The notes below the pieces were generated by a model that was not told the origin of the DNA, searched no databases, and was given only the letters and a program-made list of their open reading frames with translations. This document shows, in pieces, positions 13,801-27,820 of a stretch of 64,000 bases of DNA; the stretch's first letter is position 1, and each line of letters begins with the position of its first letter. The position numbers and the translations under genes were made by a program. Source of the DNA: Felis catus (taxonomy: Eukaryota); contig NC_058369.1 in assembly GCF_018350175.1 (NCBI RefSeq), positions 16,990,001 to 17,054,000 on the forward strand, given 5' to 3'.

Positions 13801-14363
13801 AAAGGCGACCCGATACAGTTTACAAGGCTGAAATAACCTTGATAACAAACACCTAACAAAAACTGTGCAAGAAAGGAAAGTTACAAGCCAATCTAACTCA
13901 GGAATGTGTATGTGAAATTTCTAAAAATATATGTTAGAACATATAGCCTAGCAACAAATTGAAAGGTTAATGCTTCCAACCAAGTTATAGTTACTCCAAA
14001 CTTGCAAAATTAGATTGGCCTTTGAAAAAAATCAATGTAGTTTTATGTATTCAGAGGATAAAAGATGAAAATTACATGATTATCTCAATAGATACAGAAA
14101 AGCTTTTGATAAAAATTAACATCCAAAGTAAAAACTCTTAGCAAAATATGAATAGAAGGAAATGTCTTTAATTTTATAAACTATGTCTGCAAAAAGTCTA
14201 CAGAAAACATTATTTTTAATGATGAAACGTTGAAGGCTTTCCCTTTGAGACTGGCAATGACACAAAGATGTTTACTTTTACCACATCTATTCACAACACA
14301 CTGAAAGGTCCTGGATAATGCAATAAGCCAAGAAAGAGAATTAAAATGTATAAGGATTATATG

Positions 14364-15525
14364 GGGCACACGGTGACTCAGCTTGTTGAGTGCCTGACTC
14401 TTGATTTCAGCTCAGGTTATGATCTCACATTTCGTGGGATCAAGCCCCGCATCAGGATCTGCACTGATAGTGCTGAGCCTGCTTGGAATTCTCTCTCCCT
14501 CTCTCTGTCCCTCCCCTGCTCACTCTCTCTCTCTCTCTCTCAAAATAAATAAACAGTTTTTTATTTTTTTAATATTTTTTTAACGTTTATTTATTTTTGA
14601 GACAGAGAGAGACAGAGCATGAACAGGGGAGGATCAGAGAAAGAGGGAGACACAGAATCCGAAACAGGCTCCAGGCTCTGAGCTGTCAGCAAGAGCCCGA
14701 TGCGGGGCTTGAACTCACGGACCGCGATATCATGACCCGAGCCGAAGTCGGCCACCCAACCGACTGAGCCACCCAGGCGCCCCAATAAACAGTTTTTTAA
14801 AAAGAGGGTTAGGTAAATGTCCATCAACTGATGAATGGATAAAGAAATTGTGGTTTATATACACAATGGAGTACTACATGGCAATGAGAAAGAATGAAAT
14901 ATGGCCCTTTGTAGCAACATGGATGGAACTGGAGAGTGTTATGCTAAGTGAAATAAGCCATACAGAGAAAGACAGATACCATATGTTTTTACTCTTAGGT
15001 GGATCCTGAGAAACTTAACAGAAACCCATGGGGAAGGGGAAGGAAAAAAAAAAAAGAGGTTAGAGTGGGAGAGAGCCAAAGCATAAGAGACTCTTAAAAA
15101 CTGAGAACAAATTGAGGGTTGATGGGGGGTGGGAGGGAGGGGAGGGTGGGTGATTGGTATTGAGGAGGGCACCTTTTGGGATGAGCACTGGGTGTTGTAT
15201 TGAAACCAATTTGACAAAAAACTTCATATATTGAAAAAAAAAAAGAGGGTTAGGGGCGCCTGGGTGACTCAGTCGGTTGAGTGTCTGACTTCGGCTCAGG
15301 TCAGGATCTCACAGTTCGTAGGTTCCAGCCCCACGTCGGGCTCTGTGCTCACAGCTCAGAGCCTGGAGTCTGTTTCAAATTCTGTGTCTCCCTCTCTCTC
15401 TGTCCCTCCCCTGCTCACACTCTGTTTCTCTCTTTCAAAAATAAATAAAGATTTAAAAAATTTAAAAAACAAAGAAGAATGCCTTTAAAAAATAAAAATA
15501 AATAAAAAGAGGGTTAAATTTTTAA
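14364..15525. mobile_element. Nested cluster: SINE(+) carrying SINE(-), L1 3' end(+) and SINE(+) in its tail
   Basis: Four sets of TSDs are visible (detailed in findings). L1_Fc-like 3' end at ~14814-15239. Confidence 0.85.
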
Positions 15526-16334
15526 AAAATGAATAAGGATTATAAAAGAAGAAACACTATCATTATTTGTAGATTATATAATTGTATACATAGAAAATAC
15601 AAAAGAATCTACATGTAAATTATTATAAGCATGCTTATCAAGGTTGCTGAATATCAAATCAATGTTAAAAATAATTGTTTCTGTATAAAATACAATAGAA
15701 AGTAGAAAATTAAAAAACTCTGAAGATCTTGCTTATAATACTATAAACAAATCAAATACCTGTTAAGAAATCTAACAAATACACTTCATGTAGAAATCTA
15801 TAGAACAATATTTAGAGAAATTCTAGAAGATGCAAATAAATGGAGAGATAGACCATGTTCATTGATTGGACAACTCAATGTTGTAAAGATCAATTCTCTC
15901 CAGACTGACCTAAGATTGTACCCAGTTCCAATCAAAATCTCAAGGGTTTTTGTTTATGCTTTTGTTTTGGTGGAACCCGACAAGCCGTTACTAAAGTGTG
16001 TGTAGAAATGGAAAGCACTCAGAATTGCTAGGATACTTTTGGGAAACAAACTGAGAGGGCTTAGTATACTGGATATCAAGGTTTAAATGAATCTGGGGAC
16101 ACAGTGTGATAGTGGTGCTGAGGTAGACAAGTAGATCAAAGGAACAGTGAAGATCTCAGATACAGATCCATTCATATAGATACCTTTGAATAATGCAAAA
16201 GCGATAGAGCAATGGCAAACTGAGAAATGGGGAAATGAGAAATGAGCCTTTTCAGTAAATGATGCTGGACCAACTGGATACCCCTCCAAATGAAATTAGA
16301 TCCCTACCTAATGTCATTGACAAAAATCAATCCC

Positions 16335-16762
16335 AGCAGTGTGCTTGATGAATATTCAACAACCTGCTGCTCCCCAAAGGGCAAAATCCCTGATTTTCAA
16401 CGTTTAGTGAGTTCTGTGGTGTAAATACTCCTACCCTGGCTGATTCTAAGCAACCAACGTAAGGTCACTGAAGGCAGAGTAGGAGGAAAAGAACGCGTGG
16501 AAGCAGGACGTAGATGGTATTTCCATACAGATTCAACTGACATCAGTAACCTCAAGAACAGAGATAAAAGTAAAATGAGTAGGAAGTGATGAATTTGGGC
16601 TATTTGTTTATTGCTTTTGTTTTTTACACAATCTATTTAATTGTTCAGTTTATACAGGTTAATTTTTAGTAATCGCTGTGTTTAACAATTGGCTCACAAA
16701 ATACGTGAAAATTTAACAAACTTTCTCTTGAGCCTGTGCAAGCCAGCTCTAGCCCACCCTGA
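16335..16762. mobile_element. MER63-like hAT-Blackjack DNA transposon fossil
   Basis: Ends cagcagtgtgctt.../...ccagctctagcccaccctg and internal gtaaatactcctaccctggctgattctaagcaaccaacgt. Confidence 0.55.
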
Positions 16763-17021
16763 TTGTACACCTAAATATGAAAGGCAAAACATAGTTTTTG
16801 TGAAAAAATATGGAATTATTCTACAATTCTAAAAAGTTGTTTTTTAAGATTTAAGTAATCTCTACTCTCAAGGTAGGGGCTCAAACTCAAACCCTGAGAT
16901 CAAAAGTCGCATCCTCTACCAACTGAGCCATACAGGAGCCCCAGGAAAGTACTTTCATCATCTTAACATAGGGAACTTTTTCTTTTTCTCTTTCTTTTTT
17001 TGGGTTAGGTTCGTTGAGATA

Positions 17022-17571
17022 GGTATAGAAAAGAGTTAATATAGCTCACCTGGGGAACAACTGCTTACAAGGTTGATCCATGGCTGGTGTCTGGGAACTC
17101 AGATATCAGAAGGGTTCTCACACTCCCTCTTACCAGTGCCTCACTGTGCCTGAACTGTTTCTGCAAACAATGAGGTTTATTTACACTGAACACCTGCTTT
17201 GCCTTCTGGGAGACCAGAATTTTGGTACATGCTAAGCAGTGGGGGCCTACATAACCAGCTCTCCATTAACAACTCTGGGCACTGAATCTCTTTGAGCTTC
17301 CCCAATAGACCACATTTCAAATCTGTTTGCACAATTCATTGCTAGAGGAATTAAGTGTGTCCTGTGTTGACTCCACTGGGAGAGAGTTCTTGGAAGCTCA
17401 CCCCTTGTTCTCTCTGGACTTGCCTCTCCGAGCCTTTTCTCCTTGCTGATTTTGCTTTGTATTGCTTTCAGTGTAATAAATCTTAGCTGTGAATAGGACT
17501 GTGTGCTGACTCTTGTAAATCCTGCTAGTGAATCGTTATACCTGGGGATGATCTTGGGGACTCCTGACACA
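17022..17571 (+). mobile_element. Solo ERVL-type LTR (MER68/MER77-like)
   Basis: Starts gtatagaaaagagttaatatagc, has aataaa near the 3' end, ends ...ctcctgacaca. Sits inside an antisense L1 3' end. Confidence 0.65.
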
Positions 17572-17574
17572 AGG

Positions 17575-18057
17575 TGCAAAATTCACCTTTTTAAAATATA
17601 CAGTTTGATGGGCCTGTGTAGCCACCAGCACAAGGAAGTTATAGAACATTTCCTTATGCATTTGTGCAATTCTCTCCTTCTATCCTCAGCCACTTGACAG
17701 CCACTGATTTATTTTCTGTCCCTATAGTGTTGCCTTTTCCAGAATGTATAATAGTATGCAACCTTTAAGTAAACCCTACACCCAACGTGGGGCTTGAACT
17801 CACAACCCTGAGATGTTGAGTCACATGCTCTACTGACTGAGCCAGCCAGGCACCTCGGTATATAGCCCCTTGATTCTGACTCCTTTAACTCAACCTGTTA
17901 CTTTTGAGATTCATCCATGTTCACGTGCATATAAATACCTCATTCCTTTCTGTTGCTAAACAGTTTCCCATTGTAAGGCTGTACCACAGTTTATGTGTTC
18001 ACAGTTGTTGCACATTTGGGTTGTTCTCTGTTTTTGGTGATTATGAATAAAATTGCT

Positions 18058-18093
<36 letters not shown>

Positions 18094-19198
18094 GTCTTTG
18101 TATGGACGTATATTTTATTTCTGTTGAGTATCTAGAGATGCAATTAATGGGGTGTATGTGTGTTTACCTTTATAAGAAACTGCCAGACTATTTTCCAGAG
18201 TGCTTTCCCAGAAGCAATGTTTGAGAGTTCCAGTGGCTCCACATCCTTACCAGCACTTGGTATTGTCAGTCTTTTTAATTTTAGCAATTCTACCAGCTAT
18301 CGAATGATATCTTATTGTAGTTCTAATTTGCATTTCCTAAACACTGACAATGTTGAGTATCTTCTCATGTGCTTATTTGTTACCAAATATCTTTTTTTAA
18401 AAAAGTAATTTCTATATCCAATGTGGGGCTTGAACTCATGACCCCAAGATCAAGAGTTGAGCACTCTTCCCACTGAGCCAGCCAGGAACCCCCAAAATAT
18501 ATTTTATATTGATATGTCTGTTCAAATAGTTTGCTTGTTTAAATACTGAGTTGTCTTCAGGGGCGCCTGCGTGGTTCAGTTGGTTAAGCATCTGACTTCA
18601 GCTCAGGTCATGATCTCACGGTTCCCTGGATTCCAGCCCCACCTCAGGCTCTGTGCTGACAGGTCAGAGCCTGCAGCCTGCTTCGGATTCTGTGTCTCCC
18701 TCTCTCTCTGCCCCTCCCCTGCTTGTACTCTGCTCTCTCTCTCTCTCTCTCAAAAATAAATAAAACATTTAAAAATAAAATAAAATATTGGGTTGTCTTC
18801 ATATATTGAATTGTAATAGTTCTTTATCCTGAATACAAGTACTTTATCAGATATGTGTTTCACAAATATTTTCTCCTCCCTCTGTCTTATCTTTTCCCTT
18901 TCCTAACAGTGTTTTTCAAAGAGCAGAAATTCTCAATTTTTTTCAAAATAAAACATTTTATCAATACAATTTAACTATGAATTCAATTACTTTAATAAAT
19001 ATAGGGCTCTTACAGTTATCTATTTCTTCTTGATTGAGTTTTAGTACTAGTTGTCTTTGAAGGAATTTGTCCTTTTCATTGAGACTAATAAAGTTATTGG
19101 CATCAAATCATTCACAACATTCTTCATTATTATTTCAATGTCTGTAGGACTTGTAGTGCTGCGTGACCCAGTCTCTCATTGTTTGTTTGTTTGTTTTT

Positions 19199-19253
<55 letters not shown>

Positions 19254-22240
19254 ACGCATGAGCAGGGGAGAGAGTCAGAGGGAGAGAGAGAATCTTAAAC
19301 AGGCTCCACTCTCAGAGTGGAGCCTGATGCAGGGCTGTGGGATCGTGACCTGAGTTGACTCAAGAGATGCTCAACCAACTGAGCCACACAGGTGTCCTCT
19401 GAAATCTTTTTAAATAAGAGCATGTAATGTTAAATCTCCCTTTAAACACTGCTTTAACTCTGTTCCCCAAATTTTGATCTGCTGTGTTTTCATTTTCATT
19501 CAATAAAAAATATTTTATTTCTCTTGTGGTTTAGTTTTTGAACTGTGGGTCAAAATGTGTGGTTTAATTTCCAAATATTTGGAGGTGGGGGTTTCCAGAT
19601 ATCTTTATTATTGATTACTAGTTTAATTCTATTTTAATCAGGACACACTTTGTATGATTTCAATATATTTACATTTTGAGATTTATTTTATGGCCCAGAT
19701 ATTATCTTAAAAGCTTTTCCTTTTTTTTTTTTTTAGGATTTTTTTTTTTAATTTTTAAGTAATCTCTATACCCAACATGGGGCTCTTACAACCCATCAAG
19801 AATTGCATGCTATACTGACTGAGCCAACGAGGTGTCCCTATGGCTCAGAATATCATCTATCTTGACTAATGTTCTATGCACACTTGAAAATACTGTGTAT
19901 TCTGCTGTTGTAGGGGGCAGTATTCTGGAAAGATCAATTAGATCAAGTTGGTTGATAGTGCTATTCATGTATTTTGTATCTTTAATGACTTTTTGGTTTC
20001 CATATCCTGAGGAAGGAGCATTGAAAATTCCAACTATAGAGAACCCTGGGTGGCTCAGTCAGTTAAGCATCCCACCTCTTGATTTTGGCTCAGGTCATGA
20101 TCTCATGGTCATGCGATCGAGCCCTGGGTGTTGACAGCATGGATCCTGCTGAGGATTCTCTGTCTCTTTCTCTCTCTGTCCCTTTCCCCACTGGCAAGCT
20201 CTCTTTCTCAAAATAAATTTTCTCTTAAAAAAGAAAGAGAAACAAAACTCCAACTATAAGTGTAGTTTAGCTATTTCTTCTTTGATTTCAATCAGGTTTT
20301 GCTTTTTTTTTTTCAATCAGGTTTTGCTTTGTATACTTTGAAGCTGTCATTAGGTTTATGCACTTTTAGAATTGTCTTCTTTCAAAAAAAGATTTTTTTT
20401 TAATGTTTATTCATTTTTGAGAGACAGAGAGAGACAGAGCATGAGTGGGCAAGGGGCAGAGAGAGGGAGACACAGAATCCAAAGCAGGGTCCAGGCTCTG
20501 AGCTGTCTCAGAGCCTGACGCAGGGGTCAAACCCACAAACTGTGAGATCATGACCTGAGCCGGAGTTGGATGCTTAACCAACTAAGCCACCAGGCACCTC
20601 TGTCCTGTCTTCTTGATAAACTATCTTTCTCATTATGTAATGCCCCTCTTTATCCTTGTAAAATTGTTCTGAATTTTATTTTCCACGTTGTTAATATAGT
20701 TGAAGGGATTCCTCACTTCTGGTTTTGTGGTGATCTTTTTGCTGTTTATCTCTACCATTTTCATGACTCCTTTTTTGTAGTTTCTGTGTTTCTGCTCATA
20801 TTCTCCATCTGTTTATGCATGTTGTTTGTCTTTTCCACTGGATCCTTTAACAGATTAGCCTCTGGTAGTCTCATTACCTGGGTCATCCTTTGGTCTGGTT
20901 GTTTTGACCCGTTTATCATTTGACGGTGGTTTTTCTTTTCTCTTTCATTTCTGGATGTGGGATAAATGCTAGATATTGTGTGTAAAAGAAGGGTAGAGCG
21001 CTAGGTAAATAGTCTTGATGCCCAAAGATGGGCCTGTCTCTTTTCTGTTAGGTTGTTCAGAACAGGGATTGAATCAGTCCAGTCAATAGTAGAGCTGAGC
21101 TTGGGTTTTGCTGTTGCTAGAACTTCTCCAATGGGCAAAGCGGCTGCCACCTTTTGATTCCTGTGAGGCCTGAGATGCCAGAGTGTCTTCTTCAGTGTCT
21201 CTGCATTCCACTGCCGGCAGGCCCTGTGTGTCTGAACCTCAGAGGAGGGTCTCTTGCTCTTCCCACTCCCTCAGATGTAAACTGCTGTTGCTTGTTAACC
21301 AGGGCAGGACCCGTGATGGGGGCGGTTTTTGTCACTTCTTTCCTGTTTCAGCTTCACGCTTAGGTAGACCTCGCACACTTGAGTCTCAGGGTGGGCCTTT
21401 CTTCCCGTTCTTGCCCTTCCCTTCCTTGCCAGCCAAACTCTGGGGCTTGTATGTGAGGGGAGTCCGGGGCGGGAGCCAGTCTTTAGCCTCCAAGAGGCTG
21501 CACGCCTTTGCACGCAGGGTCTGGGTCCCCTTCCCCTCCTCCCCAGGGGCATTGTGTTTGCATTCACCCCCTAAATCATACCTTTGCTTGGAATTGATGG
21601 CAAAAGGATTCTGTTCTTCCCCCACGGTTATTGCAAATGAGGCTTGTAGCGGGGAGAGGAGCTTCCCGCCCCTGCAGAGACAGGTGGCTGTGCTCTTACC
21701 CTCAGAGGCAGTTCATTTTTCCTGCTTGTGGGAACAGGAAGGTTTCCAGAAGCTTAAGGCTTTGCTTGGATTGACAGAAGAGTCTGGAAAGTGGGTGTTG
21801 TCTTGTTCTTGCGCACCACTAACTGGATGCTCTCAGGTCTCATGCTCCCCGCCCGATTTTTCTCGTGAGCACCCAATTGAGGCTTATGGAAAAGAGCGTG
21901 TGAATGACTGCAGACAACCCTTGTGTCTGGAGCTTCCAGAGATTCTGACCTGTCGGGCTAGCTAAACTCTGCCTTTACGAATTCATTACCACATGGCTGT
22001 CTCCCTTCCCATTTTTAGGGTGCTGTCCCTTCCTCCCAGGTTCTGCCACGGACAAAATCCATGTGTTCTCTCTTTGAAGGGGCTTGCTGCCCTCTGGATT
22101 TCAATTTATCTGGCTGCCTTGTGACCCGAGCTCTTTGAAGAGCCCAAGAAGTCATGACTGTGCAGGTTATCTGACTTTTTTCTTGCTATTAGGATGTAAG
22201 TGATGTCCTCATGTGACTTTGAGCACCCTAGGTGGAAGCA
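17575..22240 (-). mobile_element. Old antisense L1 fragments interrupted by SINEs
   Basis: T-rich antisense L1 motifs (gagattcatccatgtt, aaactgccagactattttccagagtg, gcacttgaaaatactgtgtattctgctgttg). SINEs at ~18560-18785(+), 19180-19398(-), 20040-20240(+), 20392-20599(-). The distal part (~20640-22240) is less certain. Confidence 0.7.
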
Positions 22241-22471
22241 AGTTTCCAGGAATGATTTTGGAACTGCACAGGAAAATTGATAAGTCTGACTACATAAAAA
22301 TTAGGGTTAATATTCATTAAACATTAGGAGTATGAAATTGCAAGCCACAGAGTGGGAGAAGATATTTGCAATACATATTGACCAATAAAACAGACCATAA
22401 ATGGGATATAAGATAGTCTAAGAGAAAAACGGGCTAAAGAGTTAAGAAGATGCTTCACAAAAGCAGAAATG

Positions 22472-23143
22472 GGGGGGCGCCTGGAGGGGCTCAGTCAGTT
22501 GAGCGTCCAACTTCGGCTCAGGTCGTGATCTGTTTGTGATTTCGAGCCCCACATCGGGCTCTCTGCTGTCAGCACACGGCTTGCTTCTGATCCTCTATCC
22601 CCCTCTCTCTCTGCCCCTCCCCTACTCATTTTCTCTCTCTCTCTCAAAAAAAAGTTAATAAATAAACATTAAGAAAATAAAGGGGCGCCTGGGTGGCACA
22701 GTCGGTTAAGCGTCCGACTTCAGCCAGGTCACGATCTCGCGGTCCGTGAGTTCGAGCCCCGCGTCGGGCTCTGGGCTGATGGCTCAGAGCCTGGAGCCTG
22801 TTTCCGATTCTGTGTCTCTCTCTCTCTCTGCCCCTCCCCCGTTCATGCTCTGTCTCTCTCTGTCCCAAAAATAAATAAACGTTGAAAAAAAAATTTAAAA
22901 AGAAAATAAAAATAATGGGACATCTGGGTGGCTCAGTTGGCTAAGCGTCCGACTTTGGCTCAGGTCATGATCTCATGGTTTGTTGGTTCAAGCCCAGCGT
23001 CGCGCTCTGCGCTGACGGCTCAGAGCCTGGACCCCGCTTCGGATTCTGTGTCTCCCTCTCTCTCTCTCTCTCTCTGCCCCTCTCCGCTCATGCTCTGTCT
23101 CTCTCTCCCTCAAAAATAAATAAATATTTAAAAAAATAAAAAC
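22472..23143 (+). mobile_element. Three head-to-tail CAN-SINEs
   Basis: Heads at ~22472, 22682 and 22917. Outer TSD aaagcagaaatg at 22460-22471 and 23144-23155. The middle copy is near SINEC_Fc consensus, with TSD aagaaaataaa. Confidence 0.9.
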
Positions 23144-24466
23144 AAAGCAGAAATGTAGAGGACGAATAAACATATGGAAAGAATGCAAATGCCATGACAT
23201 GCCTAAAGAGTGGCTAAAATTTAAAAAGTGTGAGAATATCAAGTGCTGATGAGGGTGTGCAGCAAAGGCAACTCTTATCCACTGCTGGTGGGAGCTGCTG
23301 ATTGACAGAGCCACCTTCACATGATCTCGTCAAGGTAAAGGTCGGCTAAATTCCATCCTAGCAGTTCTGCTCCTACATATATACCTCAGAATTGCATGCA
23401 CTATACATCCCGAAGCCAACCCTTGTGATCGACACATCCTTCTTTTAGCTTTGATGAACTTCTGGCCAGGGTACTGCTTAGTCTGACTGGCCACCAGATC
23501 CCTCAGGGTAACTGTGCATTTCTTCGTCACTCCCACTGCGTATACTCTCATGGTTGCACGCCCAGGAGACATCACTCCCATGTTCGGTTGAGTAGAGACT
23601 CTCCCCTCCCCGAAGCTTCTCATATGCCTGTGAGGAGCTCCAGGGCTGAGGGAGGAGCCTCTGCTACCGTTCTCAGGGGTGGTGGTGCTCACACACCTCA
23701 CTGCTTGTTTGACCAATAAAGTTGCCTTTACGTCCCTTTCCCTTGGGCTTGGAGGGTGGGTTTGTACAGCCCCTTCTACTTTTCAGAATACATTCACATA
23801 CCTTACCTTGTGTGCACATCATGACCCTGGGAAGTAAGCTCCATCGGGCAGGGCTTTGGTCCATTTTGTTCTTTGCTGTAATCCCCGATGCCTAGGTGGT
23901 CCTGTGAAGAGGTGAGGACTTTACAGATGAAGAACCTTAGGTTCAGAGAGGTCATCTGACTCCACTTAGGAGCCTTCTAGCTCTGAGTCTGGTGTTAGTG
24001 CTGCTTTTCAGAGCACAGGCTAACCTTTCATTTCTATAAATTATATGAGAAAGGACAAAGAACTGTGTCTGTGGTGTGATGTCACACAGAGGAAAGGACA
24101 CTGAAATAGAAGTTTAAAGCCTGGGTTCCAATATTGTCACTGATGCTTTCCGGTCCTAAGACTCCAACGTCAGGCTCCGGTAGGGATGTGAGAAGACCAT
24201 GGCTATGAAGTGTATTGTAAATAGTAGGGTAAGGGGCTCAGTTGGTTGAGCATCTGACTTCGGCTCAGGTCATGATCTCATGGTTCGTGAGTTCAAGCTC
24301 CGTGTCGGGCTCTTTACTGACAGCTCAGAGCTGGAGGCTGCTTCAGATTCTGTGCCTCCCTCTCTCTCTCTCTCTCTCTGCCCCTCCCCTGCTCATGCTC
24401 TGTCTCTCTCTCTCTCTCTCTCAAAAATAAATAAACATTAAAAAAATGTTAAAAATGGTAATGTAT

Positions 24467-24930
24467 GCTTGTGGGTTGAACTGTGTCTCACCAAAAAGAT
24501 ATAGTGAAGTCTAACTTCCATTACCTGTGAATACAATCTTATTTGGAAATAGGGTTTTTGCAGCTGTAATCAAGTTGAGAGGAGGTTATAATGGATTAGA
24601 GGGGACCTTAAATCCAATGACTGGTGTCCTTATAAGAAGGCCTGGTAAAGAGACAGAGACATGCAAAGGGAAGATGGCCATATGAAGTCAGAGGCAGAAA
24701 TTGGAGTGATGTGATTACAAGCCGAAGAATGCCAGGGTTTATCGGCCAACCACCAGAAGCTGGGAAGAGGTGAGGAAGGATTCTTCTCTGGAACAGTCGG
24801 AGGGAGCACAGCCCCACTGACACTTTGATTCTAGAACTCTGGCCTTCATGGAGAGAGAATACATTTCTGTTGTGTTAGCTGTTCCGTTTGTGCTCATCTG
24901 TTACGGCAGCCCCAGGAAGCTGACACAGGT
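24467..24930 (+). mobile_element. MLT1-family (ERVL-MaLR) solo LTR
   Basis: gggttgaactgtgtc...atttggaaatagggt...aaatccaatgactggtgtccttataagaagg...ttacggcagccccaggaagctgacaca. Confidence 0.85.
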
Positions 24931-26784
24931 GAGGCATATGTGGCAGGGATGTGCCCTGTAGAGACAGATGGCTCAGCACTGCGTGCGCACTCCTCCTAAG
25001 TGAAGCCATCCATCAGTGCTGAAAGGCGCCTAGACAAATGACCTTTCTTCTGTGATGCCTAATTTTCCTACATTTTTGGTTTGTCCTTTCTTTAGAGAGG
25101 AGGACACAAAACAGGCTATGGAGTGGGGTGGAAGAAACAGAGAGGAGGGATCTAGGGCCCATGGCCTGACAGCACGAGGGTGCCGAAGGGGGATGTCTCA
25201 AGCACTAGATAATCACGGAGGGGCGGATGAGTGAGCTGACAGCAGAGCTGAGGTCCCCAGAGAGGATGCTGGCTGGCCTCCTGGAGCACAATCATTGAGA
25301 GGCACAAACACTCTGGCAGGAAAGAGGGCCAGCACAGATAGACATCAGTATATCCTATTGCGACACAGCAGCCTCTTCATTGGGTCAAAGACTCTTGGCG
25401 ACACCTGGTAACTCTATTCATTAGGCCTGCTTTGTCTCCTGCTCCCCTTCAGATCTGGGTTTTTCTATCCCTCCTGCGTATGCTGTGAAGGTGGGACAGA
25501 GCCAAGGGCAGTGATCTGCATCCCATAATACTCTTGTGGGAAAAACAAAACATGATACTAACAAACCCTCATGCCTGGATGGGATTTAGAACTTACAAAG
25601 TACATTCACAAACAATCCCTCTTGACTGGGCCTCCTCGTGAAAGGAGCCAGAGGTGCCTAACCATGAAAGACAGGTCTGTCCCCTAATTCAGAGAGTACA
25701 GGAAATCCTAAGTAAAACCATGCCAAACCCCCTAAAGTGGATAAGCATCAGGTTAGGAAGCCATAATACACACAGGCCATAACCCAACATCCTAATTTGC
25801 AGCCCTATCCAATAGCAAAGAGCAGACTGAGCTCATGGCACCAGCTGAATGCCATCTGGGCAAGAGTCCCAAGATGAAAACAGAGGACTTCTGTTGTTAG
25901 TAAATGGGAGACTAGGTAAATTTGGACCAACCCTTCCACTAAGGACACCAAAAGCTGTGCAAACATCTGAAAAGCATCAGAGAGCTAACAAGATACTAAA
26001 GAATTACAAGGCTGACGTCCCAGAGAGGACAGGAAATCAGACGGATGAGCCCAGCATTCAGGGCCACTTCTTCCCTGGAGGGACTTACCCATTTGGAAGA
26101 GGGGGTGAGGACAGTAGTGTTTCCAAACATTTGGGGCCATGGGGGGCAAGTTGGAGCACAGGGCCCACCAAAGGTGGAAAGATGCTGGTAAACCACTGCC
26201 TTTTTGGGGCTGTGGCCAGAAGATTGTGCCCTAGAGGTAAAGATGAACCCAAACCAAACCAGCCCTTGCAGTCTGATAGGACTGGTTTCAGTGGCCTGGA
26301 AAATCTCCAACCTTGATCTGGAATAATGTGATCCCAGAATTCTAGGGCCCCTGGGCACCTGATAGAAGCAAGCAAGCAAACAAGCAAGCAAGAAAGCAAG
26401 CAAGCAAGCAAACAAACAAACAAAAACCTTTTCTAAAGGAAGAAATCATCCTAGACCTTAAAATATTTCAATAAACTATTTCCAAATACAACGTCCATCG
26501 CAAAATAAAGAATAACGAGGCAGTTGGGAAGACAAATCAGGAGAAGTAGCAGAAATTAGGCAACAGAAACACACACACAGCAATTCCAGTTATTGGAATT
26601 ATCACAGATTGAGCATCGGCAAAATTCTAGAAAACTCCCCCAGTAGTAATTCTGGCTATTTGAACTCCTAATTGTCTCTCGAATCCACCCTTGTTTGTTG
26701 CCTGCACTGATACAATCTCCATTCTGTTTGCCGTCACCACTCTCTCCAGAGCTGTCTTCTTAGAAAACAAATCTGATGAGGTAC

Positions 26785-27388
26785 GAAGAAAACAATCAAC
26801 AAAACAAAAAGGCAACTGATGGAATGGGAGAAGATATTTGTAAATGACATATTAGATAACGGGTCAGTATCCAAAAATATATAAAGAACTTATCAAACTC
26901 AACACCCAAAAAACAAATAATCCAGTGAAGAAATGGGCAGAAGACATGAATAGACACTTTCCCAAAGAAGACATCCAGATAGCCAACTGACACATGAAAA
27001 GATGCTCAATATTATTCATCATCAGAGAAATACACATCAAAACCACAATGAGATACCACTTCACACCTGTCAGAATGGCTAAAATTAACAATTCAGCAAA
27101 CAACAGATGTTGGCAAAGATGCAGAGAAAAGAGAACGCTTCTTCATTATTGGTGGGAATGCAAACTGGTGCAGCCACTCTGGAAAACAGTATGAAGGTTC
27201 CTCAAAAATTAAAAATAGAACTTCCCTATGACCCAGCAAATGCACTACTAGGTATTTATCCAAAGAATAAATACAAAAATGTTGATTCAAAGGGGCACAT
27301 GCACCTCAATATTTATAGCAGCACTATCGACAATAGCCAAATTATGGATAGAGCCCAAATGTCCAACTGATGAATGGATAAAGATGTG

Positions 27389-27438
<50 letters not shown>

Positions 27439-27820
27439 GAATATTACTCAGCGATAAAAAGTAATGAAATCTTGCCATTTGCAAGATGGAACTGGAGGGT
27501 ATTATGCTAAGCAAAATGAGTCAGTCAGGGAAAGATATCATATGATTTCACTCATATGTGAAGAAACAAAACAGATCAACATAAGGGAAGGGAAGGAAAA
27601 ATAAGATAAAAACAGAGAGGGAGGCAAACCACAAGAGAGTCTTAAATACAGAGAACAAACTGAGGGTTGATGGAGGGGACGTGGGGGGGGATGGGCTAGA
27701 TGGGTGATGGGCATTAAGGAGGGCACTTGTTGGGATGAGCACTGGGTGCTGTATTTAAGTGATGAATCACTAAATTCTACACCTGAAACCATAAAAAGAA
27801 AAGAAAAGAGAAGAAAAGAA
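26785..27820 (+). mobile_element. Carnivore L1 3' ~1 kb (5'-truncated) with internal (CA)n
   Basis: ORF2 C-terminal remnants ([13 protein letters not shown]...CWQRC...WECKLVQPLWKTV), 3'UTR and A-rich tail; (CA)n at ~27390-27436. Confidence 0.9.

Noticed and set aside
21183..21965. 260-aa ORF
   Set aside because: Non-ATG start, no recognisable domain, and it lies in what appears to be degenerate L1-derived sequence.
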